A stretch of 62,396 nt of DNA, filler included, from Rhabdomonas costata (taxonomy: Eukaryota), in NCBI GenBank assembly GCA_019059605.1. It is 35 parts of 35 records of this genome, joined end to end, with 100 filler letters (N's around TTAATTAATTAA, not from the genome) between each part and the next. Parts side by side here need not be neighbours in the genome. Positions count along the whole stretch, not along the records: positions 1 to 1,687 come from JAHMHO010010661.1; positions 1,788 to 3,473 come from JAHMHO010010662.1; positions 3,574 to 5,260 come from JAHMHO010010663.1; positions 5,361 to 7,046 come from JAHMHO010010664.1; positions 7,147 to 8,831 come from JAHMHO010010665.1; positions 8,932 to 10,618 come from JAHMHO010010666.1; positions 10,719 to 12,403 come from JAHMHO010010667.1; 28 more parts are not named here. One strand, 5' to 3'. Positions 1 to 12,503 of this stretch are shown here, piece by piece. Position 1 is the first letter of the stretch, and every line of letters begins with the position of its first letter. A program made the position numbers and the translations under genes. Below the pieces are notes generated by a model, which made no database searches, was not told the DNA's origin, and was given only the letters and a program-made list of their open reading frames with translations.

Positions 1-1191
1 GGGTTTTGGTACATACTGAAATTAGAGAGGGGCGCGTACACATGCCTATGTGATTGTTTTGCTACACATCGCTTGCGCAAGCAGCCGTCCGGCTGTAGGC
101 CAGTGCGAGAGTTTGAGTATGTCTGTATGTCCGCCCACGCGGTTCAGGAGGAGGGATGCCTCCTTGTTGGGTCTTTTGTCTCTGCTGGTCATCCCCGTTG
201 GCTTGGCGATCTACGCGACGTACCGTACATGGAAGACGACGACGTCCGGACCCCAGTCCCTGGCTTAAAGGCTACAGAGAAGATTCGCGCTGCCATCTAG
301 GGGGGTGTCTCTCTTCCTCTCCAAAGGAAGGCAAAGGAAGGCCATTCCTTTACCTGCAAGTCTTTCCCTCAACCTGGCCCCGGTGTCGGTCCCAATTAAC
401 AGACAGGGTTGAAGCACATGCTTCGTTACGGCCGTTCCATGGGAATCGTAAGCCCCCTCCCCCGGAAAAATGGGTCCTTGGTGCATTCAGGTAATATTGT
501 TGCATGCTAGGTGATGGATTTCCTCCGTTCCCACCAGAGAGGCTAACCTGCAATAGCTAATGTTACTCTCGAACATCCGAAAAACATCGCAAAAAAACAG
601 TAGTTGACGCTTCGGAACTTCGGTGCATACGAAGTACATCGCTCTGTTGAAACGGGTTTCAAAGAGAGAGACTTTCTAATTTCCCTTAACCCCTGTTCGT
701 CCAAGTTGAAACATTTTGGTTCCTCCTGTTTCTACTCTCATTGTGGCACGGGCCATGTAATCAAGGAAGGCAATGCTTGGGCAGCTGTTAGCCCCGCCCC
801 GCTCCACCTCCACCACCTACAAGACCGGAAGGGCCGTGTTGATGGCGAGACCGGTTCTACTACTCCCGTCTTTCTTTCGGGCGTTTTTCAGGGGATGGGG
901 GGAGGGGTGGAGCCATTCATTATATCCCGTTTTGCTGGTACTTTCTGCGTCCAATGCCTGGACTCCTTTGCTCACAGCGCAGCCATGCGCCTGGTTGTCG
1001 CTGATTTGTGGCAAACCTTGGCGAACGTTTTTTTTCAATGGGACCGCTTTTCTTAGTGGGGGAGAAGGAGAGAAGGCTGTTCAGCTTTCGATGCATTTCT
1101 CTTCATTGTCCTACTCTTCTAATTTCTCTCTGTGCTGTACTACAAAATGGCAAGTCTGCACCTATCGTGCCCCCACTGCGTCGGTCTGCAT

Positions 1192-1550
1192 GATCTTAGG
1201 TGGACAAGTGTATTGGGGTGCCTTAAACGTTTAGCAGTGCTAAACGCTAAACGTTTAGGTCAGAATGCAAGGGCGAAGAGTGGTTCCCAGGAGATGGCAG
1301 TAAAAGGAATTTTAGTTAGTTTGGGTGCGAAGGCCAGCACCGCGAAGGCGAGTCCGCGGCGCGACCGGATTATTAACTACCTCTGTGTTAACTATCTCTA
1401 AGTACATAACTTTTAGCAAAATGGGGGTCAGGTATGCTCTCTTTTGACCCCTAGACAGACATTTTAATTTGATGGTTGGAAATTTGTGACCGTTTAGCGG
1501 TGCTAAACGTTTACCCCCAAAAAAAACTACAGGAAGCCCGATCTTAGGTG
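1192..1550. mobile_element. MITE-like insertion with 11-bp flanking direct repeat and subterminal inverted repeats
   Basis: GATCTTAGGTG at 1192-1202 and 1540-1550. Inverted repeat TAAACGTTTAGCAGTGCTAAACG (1224-1246) matches the reverse complement of 1491-1513 at 21/23. No convincing ORF. Confidence 0.55.
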
Positions 1551-1687
1551 ATGCACTTTTTCCCCACAACTTGCCAAAAATGTTTGGTGAGAAAAACCCT
1601 CATTTGCGCTGGGACGCATCGCACCCAACCAATCCTAAGGCAACCCCAGCAATTTCGGAGCGTGCACCAACAACACAACCCCACACC

Positions 1688-1787
1688 NNNNNNNNNNNNN
1701 NNNNNNNNNNNNNNNNNNNNNNNNNNNNNNNTTAATTAATTAANNNNNNNNNNNNNNNNNNNNNNNNNNNNNNNNNNNNNNNNNNNN
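1688..1787. other. Artificial contig spacer (first of 34): N44-TTAATTAATTAA-N44
   Basis: The identical 100-bp spacer with six-frame stops recurs about every 1.79 kb, giving 35 contigs of ~1,670-1,700 bp. Confidence 0.99.
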
Positions 1788-4700
1788 GTGGGGTTTGCTT
1801 TCTGCTTTTTCATGGGTGGTGTGAAAGCCTTCAAAGAGGGAAACCTGTAAATATTTTCCTGAGAAGGAAACTTTTATTGGACTGCGCACGGCGTACCGGG
1901 CAGCCGCCCTGGAGGTTGCCCCCTTGGCAGAAAGCCACGGGAGGAGGTCGTGGGCACCCCATGCTGACCACCGGGGCCCCCTTGGGGAACACCCGCCACA
2001 GGGTTGTCTGGGAGGTCTCCCAGGACTTTTCCACAGTGACGGGGTGGTACGGGATCACATTGTGTGGGCCACCAAGAAGCCTGCATGAAGACAGCGTGCG
2101 ATCAGGGAGCAGAGGGAATGGGTTGAGTAACAAGGACTGACATTTCTCCTCTCCTCCTTTCTGATGCCTATCTCGTCCACTCCCAAAAAGTTTTTCTTAC
2201 TCTCTCATTGCTGCACCTCAGCAGCATCCCTGTTCGGTGCTCCTGCTATTCCTGGCATATGCGATGGCATAAACATGACTGCCTCCAGTTTTGCTGTTTG
2301 GGCCTGCTCAGAAATACGGGAACGCCTGCTGCGACGGGTGAGATGGGAAGGCAGCTGCTCCTTCGGGAGGGGCCAAAAAAAAGAACTCATGTTCCGCGCA
2401 CATAAATAAAGCGGGCGAAGGGAAGAAGTAAACGCATAGTAGGTCACGGCTAAGCCGACGCTGCCCAGGCATCCAGCTATGCTGGTCATTGTAGTGCAGC
2501 CAAATATAAGCTGAGCGAAAACGCGAACCCAAAACCCGAAATTTTCAAAAGCTGACAGCTCGAGCACTGCACCCGGCCCCGGATCACCACGCTACGATCC
2601 TGAGCTCAAGGAAGTCTAAGGAACCCTAACGGAACGGGATGGAGTCAGGCTCAGCTCCCGATGAGTATCCATTCATGCACGCCGCGGGACAAAACCCCAG
2701 ACCACCACAGGAAGGGAGTGAGCAGAAGTGAGCCTAGACAGAGGTGCGACGGCTATGAAGGCTTGTGGTTCACATTTCTGACTTGAGAGTAGGATGCGAC
2801 AACACACACAGACCCAGCTCGTACGAAACAACGGAGCGGGCCCGCCTGGCACCAACACAGGCGCCACACACATTGTGCACTTGGCAAGGATGATCCTTTT
2901 CTGGGGAGTACTTGAGTCCAATTCCCCATGAGCTCCCAACTTTCGATGGGACATACACACAGAGAGGCGGCAAACCCTTTTCTGCTCCAGAGCATGACCA
3001 ACCCGCCGGGGCACTTCACCATGGTGATGGGTTCCGGGGGCCCTGAGCTGGTCAGCTGGATGATCGGGTGATTCCCCTGTGGGAAACGCACCGCCCAATT
3101 AGCCGCATCGGTCCTGTCTCAACTCGCCTCCCCCCAAAAAAAACGGTTGTCTGCGAAAGATCGGCACTATTCAGGCACAGGAGGTGATGATCTGCAACCC
3201 GTGGGCAACGCAGAAAAGCAATTTATTGCGTGCGATTCGTGAAACGGAAAATCAGGCAGCTGTTCATACACCAACGAATATACCCACCAACGATCATTAC
3301 ACTGCAACCCCATCGGAAAACGCATCCCTCTCTAACCTCTGCAGATTTCTGCTGAGCCCCAGCAAGCTTTCTGACTTTCGGATGTCCCGAAAAAATCTGG
3401 ATCAGTGACAGCTTAGGCGGAACGGATCACTCACCTCGTCAGGAGTATCTCAAAATCATTGCACCACCACACANNNNNNNNNNNNNNNNNNNNNNNNNNN
3501 NNNNNNNNNNNNNNNNNTTAATTAATTAANNNNNNNNNNNNNNNNNNNNNNNNNNNNNNNNNNNNNNNNNNNNTTGTTTGTGTCCTACCATCTGGCAGGA
3601 TCCAGGGTCAAGCATATGTCCCTGAAAAAGACGCCGATTCGTGTTCTTCGACAGAGCTCATATTGACCGATCAATGTTGTAGATAGCGCTGGATGGTATT
3701 ATTGAAGGGGTTGAGGGCGCGGATTTTAGAACTGAAGCTGATCTTCATGGACCAATGTGGACTGAGTCCAACCGAGGTGAATGGCACGTCCCTGCTTTCA
3801 TTGCAAGATCAACCGAAGCATAACCCAACCCGAGAAAACATTGATGAATTGTCACAATCAGTTGCTCAGTGCCCATTGTTCAATGCACGGGACCATTGAC
3901 AACGAGTGAACAATTAAACAAACGAGCTGACAGTAGTCTTTTGAACTGCTTTGAGTCTTTTGAACACCTAACCTTTCCTGTGGTGTGAACCTGTGAACCT
4001 GTAACCTGTGGCCCGGCTAAAGCAGTAAGGGCTCCTCGTGGAGTACCCGTCCAGATAACACTGACATTGGGAACCTCAGTGGCTACCAAGGTGTGTTCCG
4101 TGTTGTGGATAAGTTAATGTTGCGCTGTTTGCACAGTGAGGTGTGCATCGGACAGATGTTCCCGATGCCACCGAAACCATTCCACAACACACCACTTTTC
4201 ACTACTCCACAACGCAGTGAAGCACATGGTTCTGCAACACCCAGTCTCTTTTCCTCCATTTTCCATTGAGAAACGTCAGTCTCACGTGACTCTAAAAGGC
4301 CACTCTCACGACCCAAGTCCACAAAAACAAATTTCCACATGCTTCCTTGGGGGGTCGCGAGCAACGGGCCGCAAAACAAAAGACTGTGGGCTCTGGGAAA
4401 ATCAAGTATTTAAAGAATTTCATGATCAAGGAATCAGGAACGTCCATGACAGCACGAATTGTGAGGTCCCGAGTTCTGCCTCCCTGTGCGTTCGCGATTA
4501 CGCCGTTGGGAACCTCACCGCGACTCTCCTCACAGAGCACTCTGTCGTGGAAAACAAGGAAATTCAATCGCTCCCCTTTTTGCGTCCCCGTTGCTGAACT
4601 GACTTGCTCCCGTTTTTCATGTGTTTCAGTCCTCTGTCGGAGACTGTGCAGCTTGACTAACCACGGCGGGTACTGTAGACGCTGCGTACTACCGTGGGAG

Positions 4701-5809
4701 CATAGCGGGATGAGTACCTGGTGTTGCCAAGGCTCCATCCGCTCAGGTGTCTCTGGTCGTCAACAACTGCAAGAAGGGACTCCACTTGTGCTGTTTGCAA
4801 GCCAATTGCTCATCTAATTATATCCGTGTTGGCTCGGGTCCCTGAAGTTCATTATGAGGGGAGGATACCCATAGAACGGCGAAGACTAAGTGATCCTGGG
4901 TTTCCCTGAGCATTGGTGCCAGCGTACAAGGCAAGATGTGTCCGTGCAAGCGCAAACATCTGAATGACCGGACAGGAAAACGGAGGTACTGTTCGCCATG
5001 TTTTGTGCCGGCTACCATCGCAGTTCGGCAGCAACGGTGTCTTCCAGTGCGTTGCAGAATGATCGGTCACGGCTGTTCAATGAGCACATCTGTATCCCCA
5101 AGCAATGAGGGGAATCAATGTAACAACCCAAACCCTAATCCCACGTACAACACCTACAGGAGATAGAGCTCACACCGGAGGCTGCAAAGCAGAGGCGGAA
5201 GAGGCGGGCTCCGCGGCAGCCGAGGGGATGCCGGGTCCCCCACCCGCGGTCCCCACCACCNNNNNNNNNNNNNNNNNNNNNNNNNNNNNNNNNNNNNNNN
5301 NNNNTTAATTAATTAANNNNNNNNNNNNNNNNNNNNNNNNNNNNNNNNNNNNNNNNNNNNGTGTGTGTGGGTGGGTGGGTGAATGGGACCCTGTCTTTGA
5401 CCAGATGTGACCCTGTCAAGGGGTTTTTAAGGACGTCCAAGGCCATTTTCGGACTTTTCAAGGTGTCCGGGGTACACTTTTTGGACCTTTGCAGGCCATC
5501 CATAGTCTAAGCTTTTGAACGGGGATAAATGGCATCAAGGGTAGGTGCCACAAAGCCCTTGAAACCGTTTGTGGTCTTGTTTACTGACCCCCACCTCTGC
5601 CATCTGCTTGCCTTGTTTTGCAATAGCGCTTTGGACCTGAACTTTTTGTGGAGGAGTGTGTGCCTGTTGAGGATTTCCAATTTATCAATTAAACCATCCG
5701 GTATTTTGGTTTTCCTTCTTCGGAATGGTGAGCTTGCTGTAGTGCTGCTGTGCAAGGCACAGAATCCGAGTGGTGTGAGCCTCTCCACTTTTGCTCCATT
5801 GGGGGTGCG

Positions 5810-6679
5810 CAGCCGGGTTGGGCGCGCTGGCGGGCTCCCCCACCCCCCTGATCTACTTCACGGGCAACGGCCTGCTGCACCGCTCCACGGGCAAGCTCCA
5901 GCTGCTGCCCCAGGAAGCCAACCTGCAGAACCCCCGCGATGACAGCCTCCTGCTCAGCTCCGTCGTCAGCTCCTTCGATGACAAAGGTATGCGTCCACGG
6001 TTTGCGTGTATCGTTGTTGGGTGTGGGTGTTGCTGATCCTCGTCGTCGTGTTCCTCTCCTCATGCTGCCACTCACTGGTTTCGCAAGACTTTTTGCAACA
6101 GATTAAGTCATTCGTGCATGCAATTCTTGCCGGACGATTGGCGTTACAGGACCACAGATAGACAGTCAGGAACGCGGAGGAAGCGGAGCGAAAGGGAGAA
6201 ACCGGCGGTGTCCATCTCACTTCGTTGGAAGGCACACACTTTTTTTTAGAGAGGAAGTGAGGCTCTGCAAAGCGAAAACCGCGAACAATGAAGGACGGAA
6301 CGCAAAGAGAATTACCGCAGCAGTGAGCATTAACCCTCGGCCTTGGCAGTCAGCATGGTGATGGGCTTCTCCGATTTGGAGGGCGTTTGCAAATTGCGTT
6401 AACTGGTCCCCACCAAAGGACATCCTCAAGAAATATTCGGGCACAGGCCGTCTGCATTTCTCGGAAGCTCTCTCGTGCCCCTCCCTTGCAACAGGCTCTG
6501 TGGTGGTGGTCGCGGACCTGGCAACGGTGTACGAGATGCAGGACGACCAGAGCGTCACGCTGCTGCCCACGGGGGCAGGGGTGGTGACCCATGGCGGAGA
6601 CCCCTCGGCGATCTTTGCGCAGCCCCCTACCGGGGGCCTGCTCACCTTCCACATGCTCAACTCCCTGAAGACCCCAGGA
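5810..6679 (+). CDS. Two internal exons of an uncharacterised protein
   Basis: GC3-rich exons ...PLIYFTGNGLLHRSTGKLQLLPQEANLQNPRDDSLLLSSVVSSFDDK|gtatgc and cag|GSVVVVADLATVYEMQDDQSVTLLPTG...LKTPG|gtgccc, joined by a phase-1 GT-AG intron. Family not recognised. Confidence 0.55.
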
Positions 6680-7146
6680 GGTGCCCTGCCTACCCACTTT
6701 GTCTTGCGGGGTCTCTGAGGCTAGGCTTAATTAACTGCACGGACTAAAGCCGCGGCGGGGAAACCCGTTGGTCGCCTCCCCCGCTGGCCAGAAGTGGGAG
6801 AGGTAACAATTACAAGCATCCATCCTTCTCCGCTAAACGAATGTTGTCTTCAATCGTTCACTCAAATCCCAGCCAGAGGGCAGTCCTCAGTCAACAATCA
6901 AAATTCAGGTGCTTGCCCAAAGTCCAAAGTACTCATCCGCGAGGAGAATCCCAATACGACCACCGCAGCCCCAACCACTTTACCCCTCACATGCTATTCT
7001 CGCAGATGCCAAGAATTCACGGGACCCCACCCCACCCACCAAACACNNNNNNNNNNNNNNNNNNNNNNNNNNNNNNNNNNNNNNNNNNNNTTAATTAATT
7101 AANNNNNNNNNNNNNNNNNNNNNNNNNNNNNNNNNNNNNNNNNNNN

Positions 7147-8831
7147 CCTTACCTGGACCAGTTTCCCACTGTAGATTACTCGGCGCGTGAGAAGGGCCAG
7201 CGCCAGCTCGGGGCCTCTGCGGGACTCGATGATGCCGATCTCACCGATGTGGTTCTTTGATTCATTTCCATTTAACCTTGCAGTGGTTTCTTTATTTGCC
7301 AGAAGGTGCTCTTCAGTTTAGTTATTGAGCTCGCTCGCATTCACTGTTCCTTCAGGTGGTGGTTTCGGACATCGATGAGATCCCCTCCCGAAGGTTCGCC
7401 TCTGCCCTGCGGTGGTGCACGTTTGACCGCGGCCTGGTCAGTCTGGACATGCCGATGTACAACTACCACATGGGGTGTCATATGCAGCGATGGCACTCCG
7501 GGGTAGCAGCAACGGTGGAGGCGTTCCGGAACCACCCGGGCAACCTGCGCGATGGCTTCGACACCTATCCTCGCACCGCGTACCCTTCAGGGTTTCACCT
7601 AGGTATGGGTGAATGACTGCGCAACTGATGTCGTCGCCTTGATTTATGGTCGGAGTTGGTGAGAAGGTGAAGTTCTGGAAATGGTGGGCTGAGTTTGTGC
7701 ATCTGATAGCGTCGGTATCTGGTTTTTGTGCATTAGAACGAGGTGCACCTGACACGAACTCAACCTTGTCCTGGATCACATTGTATAGTCCTGAGCACAA
7801 TGTAGAGATGGTGACAGTTTTTCTTCGTGCCAATTAATCACCTTCCGTGTGTTTGAACGTAGCACGGATAATGGCATGAAGGGGGTGCTTGGAGACTTAT
7901 GCACGCACGACTTTCGTGCGCACTTGCGTTCCTGAGCTCGGCTCCAACGAACGCTGGGTTGTTTCTTACATCTGGTGGCCTCCGTGGTTTGATCTGTCGT
8001 GCCCCAATTTCAATGAGATGCCTTAACCATTGGGGGCGATTGGCCAGATCCTGTGGTCATCGGTTGTTCCTTTTTGTGACCTTTGGTTTTGTTTTGGAGA
8101 AAACCGATCTGAGAGGTGAGTATCTCCTTCCAAGAATGGTGAACGATCTTTTTGCGTTTTTGCGAGCATCACAAAACACGGCTTGTGGTTACCAACAAGG
8201 TACGCAACTGTGCGGGGGGTCGGGTGGGGGGCAATAGTTCGGAACGGATTCTGAAGCTGGAATGTTGCCTGGCAGGATTCCAGCCAAGAGCAGCGGGATG
8301 TTGTCCTGCTCTGATGAGGCGCAAATCTTCAAAGCTGATGAGAAAAGGTCCTGCCGCAGGATTATACGCCCAAGATCGTTGTGCGGTTCTGCGGAGATCA
8401 GCAGCGGGCTGCCTTGTGCTGCTTTCTGGCGCTCACTGCCGGACTACCGGGGGCAGCCCCCTATTCCGCTCTTTCCGCAATGCAACGAAATGGAAAGATA
8501 CCTTGATTTCTGCTGTGCTGTGGGCTCCCGTCCCTTGTTTTTAGGACACTTCCTGAGCGCTAAGGGTATCCAAGAAAAGCTCGCCCGCAACGGTACTGCT
8601 GAGTGGATGACCAAGCCGGAGACCAACAATGATGCGAACATTCGCCGTGGGATGGAGCGGTGCGAGAGCTTCTTCAACACCAGCAGCAAGGCGATGTTCT
8701 CCACGGACCTTTCCTGGCTGCCCGTGGCCTTCGTGGAGACCCCGGAGCAGTTCACTCAGTTTGTCCCCGAGCTCTTCCAGAAGCACCTCGCGCTTTGCCG
8801 CGAGAAGTCCACTCGGGGGGTTCTGCACCGC
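7147..8831 (+). CDS. GT17 family beta-1,4-N-acetylglucosaminyltransferase (GnT-III/MGAT3-like), partial, 3 exons (~7147-7248, 7356-7602, 8545-8831)
   Basis: The spliced product has the GT17 motif VVSDIDEIP, then LDMPMYNY, GFHLGHFLSAKGIQEKL (cf. GWHCS...I..KL) and a C-terminal LPxxF segment. GT-AG introns are phase-compatible. Confidence 0.8.
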
Positions 8832-9412
8832 NNNNNNNNNNNNNNNNNNNNNNNNNNNNNNNNNNNNNNNNNNNNTTAATTAATTAANNNNNNNNNNNNN
8901 NNNNNNNNNNNNNNNNNNNNNNNNNNNNNNNAGAGCGGGTTAATCACCTTAGCTTGGTCATCAATGCTGAGCGCTTCCGGCCACCGATGGGCTAGCATGT
9001 ATCATCCTTCTCACATTGGACATCACACAATGGACACTTTACAGGTGAAAGCATAAGGTGGGAATTCGGTTCACACGGGAAGGTTAGTGATTTCCCAGGG
9101 AACGCTTTGTACCCTTAGGCCCCTTGTGTGTCTTTTTGTCGACGTTCGCTGTGCTCTGTCCTACTTTGCTCCAATTTCCCCATAATATCGCACACACAGT
9201 TGTTCTATTCTGTCTGCATTCACGTTTGCACTGCAATATGATTCTTCCCAACGTATTTTCGTCCGGGGAAGTTACCGACCTGACGCAGGGTCGATACATT
9301 CAATTCAACCCGCCCCTCACTCTTCCCTTCTTCTTCAACAGTAGTATTTTCCGTCCTCTCCCCCGTTTTGGTGTATTCAGCTTCACTGGGGTGACATTTT
9401 CTTGTGAAAGTC

Positions 9413-10591
9413 ATGGATGCACGTGGTAGTGTAAACATTGTTGGAATGCTGCTTCTTTTTCTCATTTCTGCGTGTTTTGCCCACTCGACTCTTGGACGTA
9501 CTGGACTAGCCACGGAAGCTGCTGCACCTCGTAATGGCTCTTTGTGTGCCACAGAGGCCACGTACACTCCTGAGAACCGATCCTCACTGTGTCCACTGAG
9601 TATGCCGTGTCCTTCACCTTGCCAGTCTTCCACCAAAGGGAAATACTTTACTCCTGTTCTCTACGCCCCTACTAACCTGAACGCTCCTCCTTCTCCAAGG
9701 GTCGCGCTTTTGATACCATACTTTGGGCCTCTGCCACGATGGTTTCCCTTGTTTTGCAAGACGGTGTCTTATAACCCAGGGTTCGACTGGTTAATTTTTA
9801 CCGAGAAGAAGTTCGAGGCGAACGAGTTTAAGCTTCCTCCGAACGTGATCATTCATGCTATGAGCATGCTGGATTTTTGTGGTTTGCTGGCGCAGAGACT
9901 GGGTGTGCGTCCAATTAATCGGTATCCCCCTAGGAAGGTGTGTGACACCCGGCCATTCTTCGGACTTCTTTTCCGCGAATACCTCGAAGGGTATGACTTC
10001 TGGGGTCACACGGACCTGGACATTTTGCATGGAAATATCAGCCATTGGATCACCCCCGAGGTTTTGCGCAACAATGACGTGGTCACGGTGTTTAATTTTC
10101 TCGCTGTGGGTGACTTCACGCTTTATCGGCGGAGCCCAGCGGTAGCTCGGCTGCCTTTCATGATGAAGGGGTACAGGGAGGCATTAAATGATGTTGCAAC
10201 GATCTACGCCCTTGATGAGTGGACAAACCGGAAGGTCTGCATGGCCAAAGTAATCCGTCGAGAGAGGGACCGTGGGGCGCTGAGGGTGTGGTCCGGCGCA
10301 GAGCCTTGGTCACCTGGATCTTTCGTGCAGCAAGATCAATACTACCCTTGTCAGAAGTTCCGCATCAACTGCATCACTACCATCCCCCCGAGGGTTCGGA
10401 TTTACTGGAGGCAAGGGCAGATGTGGCGCAGCGGACACCCCAACTTCCCAAGGAGCAGGCGCAATTTTATCATGTACTACCACTTCATTCGAACAAAGAG
10501 ATGGGTGACTGCCTCGTACAGCGAGAAGTTTCTTTCAGCGGAGCAGTTTTGTGTGAACGGATCCCATCACTTGTCCTTGACATGCCCCTGA
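9413..10591 (+). CDS. DUF6625-like putative glycosyltransferase, complete and intronless, with N-terminal signal anchor
   Basis: ~392-aa ORF. Hydrophobic N-terminus IVGMLLLFLISACFA, then LLIPYFGPLPRWFPLF...NPGFDWLIFT, KVCDTRPFFGLLFREYLEGYDFWGHTDLDILHGNI and C-terminal MYYHF, recalled as motifs of the bacterial DUF6625 family. DxD-like TDLD motif. Confidence 0.8.
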   Translation: MDARGSVNIVGMLLLFLISACFAHSTLGRTGLATEAAAPRNGSLCATEATYTPENRSSLCPLSMPCPSPCQSSTKGKYFTPVLYAPTNLNAPPSPRVALLIPYFGPLPRWFPLFCKTVSYNPGFDWLIFTEKKFEANEFKLPPNVIIHAMSMLDFCGLLAQRLGVRPINRYPPRKVCDTRPFFGLLFREYLEGYDFWGHTDLDILHGNISHWITPEVLRNNDVVTVFNFLAVGDFTLYRRSPAVARLPFMMKGYREALNDVATIYALDEWTNRKVCMAKVIRRERDRGALRVWSGAEPWSPGSFVQQDQYYPCQKFRINCITTIPPRVRIYWRQGQMWRSGHPNFPRSRRNFIMYYHFIRTKRWVTASYSEKFLSAEQFCVNGSHHLSLTCP

Positions 10592-12503
10592 GTGATGGGA
10601 TCCGTTCACACAAACCCCNNNNNNNNNNNNNNNNNNNNNNNNNNNNNNNNNNNNNNNNNNNNTTAATTAATTAANNNNNNNNNNNNNNNNNNNNNNNNNN
10701 NNNNNNNNNNNNNNNNNNGCCAGAGGGAATCTGGGACACAGTTTGGCAAAAAGTGCCTGTTCATTGTGAAGTTCGTGCATTGCAGTGTCACTCAAGTGAA
10801 AACTTGATAGGGTGAAAGAATTCTCGTTTCCCACACATGATTTGTGATTGGAAAGATCTCAGCAGCAGTGCCAACGTCGCTGCGTGCCATGAAGTGAATG
10901 CTTACTCATTGGTCTCGAAGTTATCCTTCGTGGTTTTGCTGCCCCCTCCCTCCCATTTGGCTTGTTTGCTCTCCTCTCCTCTCCTCCACCTTCGCAACTG
11001 CTATTCCTCCCACTGTGCGTGACTGCCTCCCTCCCTTGGGCCCAGTCTTGTTGGCATGACCCCACTCCTACCCCCACCCCTCACCGAAACTGAACTTTGG
11101 GCAGCTACTTGGAAAAGCTGGCCTTCGCTGTTGGAACAGCGACGCTCAGGCGCTTCGGGAGCGGCTGCTCCGTGGGTTGAGGCCGGTGGGCAGCTGCTGT
11201 GGAGGGGTCCGAGACCCGGGCACCCGCTGCCGGAGAGGGTGCCTGGGCACCTTGACCGGCAGCTTGAGCTCCCTTGGCCACCCGCAAGGGTCCGGGGCCG
11301 CGAGAGGAGTTTGTCCCTTTGCGCAGGCATAGTGCGAACACAGGATGGAAGATTTGGAAAATGCTCCAAGGAAAAATCCCCCCCCCGATTGCCAAGCTCT
11401 CAAAACGCTGCTGCAGTCACGTGAGGAAGCATGCCGTTGGTCATGCTTACAACTGTCGGAGTGTGCTCAAGAGCGTTGAGCGCTTTTTCCGTTCATAGAG
11501 CGCTCTTTCTAAACGATCCTCACTCCTCTTGGGCACCCCCCCCCCCGTAAATATAGTCCGGGCCATCTTAAAAGAAAGAGTTTTTGAAATGGAATCTAAA
11601 GAAGGGGGTTTTACCTTGCAAGCGATATTTAGTAAGAAAAAAGGATGGTGTGGAATTTCTGTTGAAATTTTTTTGAACCGCTTGGCTGGTGGAAATAGTT
11701 TTCAAACGGTGCACTGAAAAGGCTACATGGTTACATGGTTTTCTTTCACGGCACGCGGTGTTTCAGGAAATATTCAGGCTTTTTAGGACATTAAAACGAC
11801 CTTATGAGTGCCATCACATCTCACCTTTGAGGATCTGTGGTCAGTTTTTGCCGAATTATCGTTTCTGCCAACAATCTCACTTTTGACATGACGCGCGCCA
11901 TATTTGCTGTCCCCTGCGCGTGCATCAAGATATTTTTTTTTGCCTTTTTCCACCCGGAGAGCAGAAACAAACGATTTCAACAACCAGAACCCACGGTCCT
12001 TCCTCTTCATCTGGAAACACTGGCTCTACTACTTTTCGTTTTTCTTTGCTACTTCTCTCTTTCTCAGTTGCTTCTTTTGGTGCAAAACTGAACTCAACTT
12101 GGGTGTGTATAACCACACGCATAAAGAATGACCAAAACTCAGCGCTGCTCAATGTGGGCAACATACCCATTAGTTTCTCCTTGCCGATGGTCTGGTCCAG
12201 CTTCGAGGAATGCGTTTCTGCAAAAACAGGCCCAGCACCGCCCCACGTTAGCACCCAGCAACATCTATACCAGAATCCCAGCTTGAACTGTACAGGAAGA
12301 AGCAAGACCTGGTTTCTGGAATCGCAGAAAATCCACACCATCCTTTTTTCTTACTAAATATCGCTTGCAAGGTAAAACCCCCTTCTTTAGATTCCACAAA
12401 AACNNNNNNNNNNNNNNNNNNNNNNNNNNNNNNNNNNNNNNNNNNNNTTAATTAATTAANNNNNNNNNNNNNNNNNNNNNNNNNNNNNNNNNNNNNNNNN
12501 NNN

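Noticed and set aside
3574-5260. Contig of short broken ORFs, possibly a decayed transposon
   Set aside because: No RT, DDE, tyrosine-recombinase or HUH motif could be recognised by eye.
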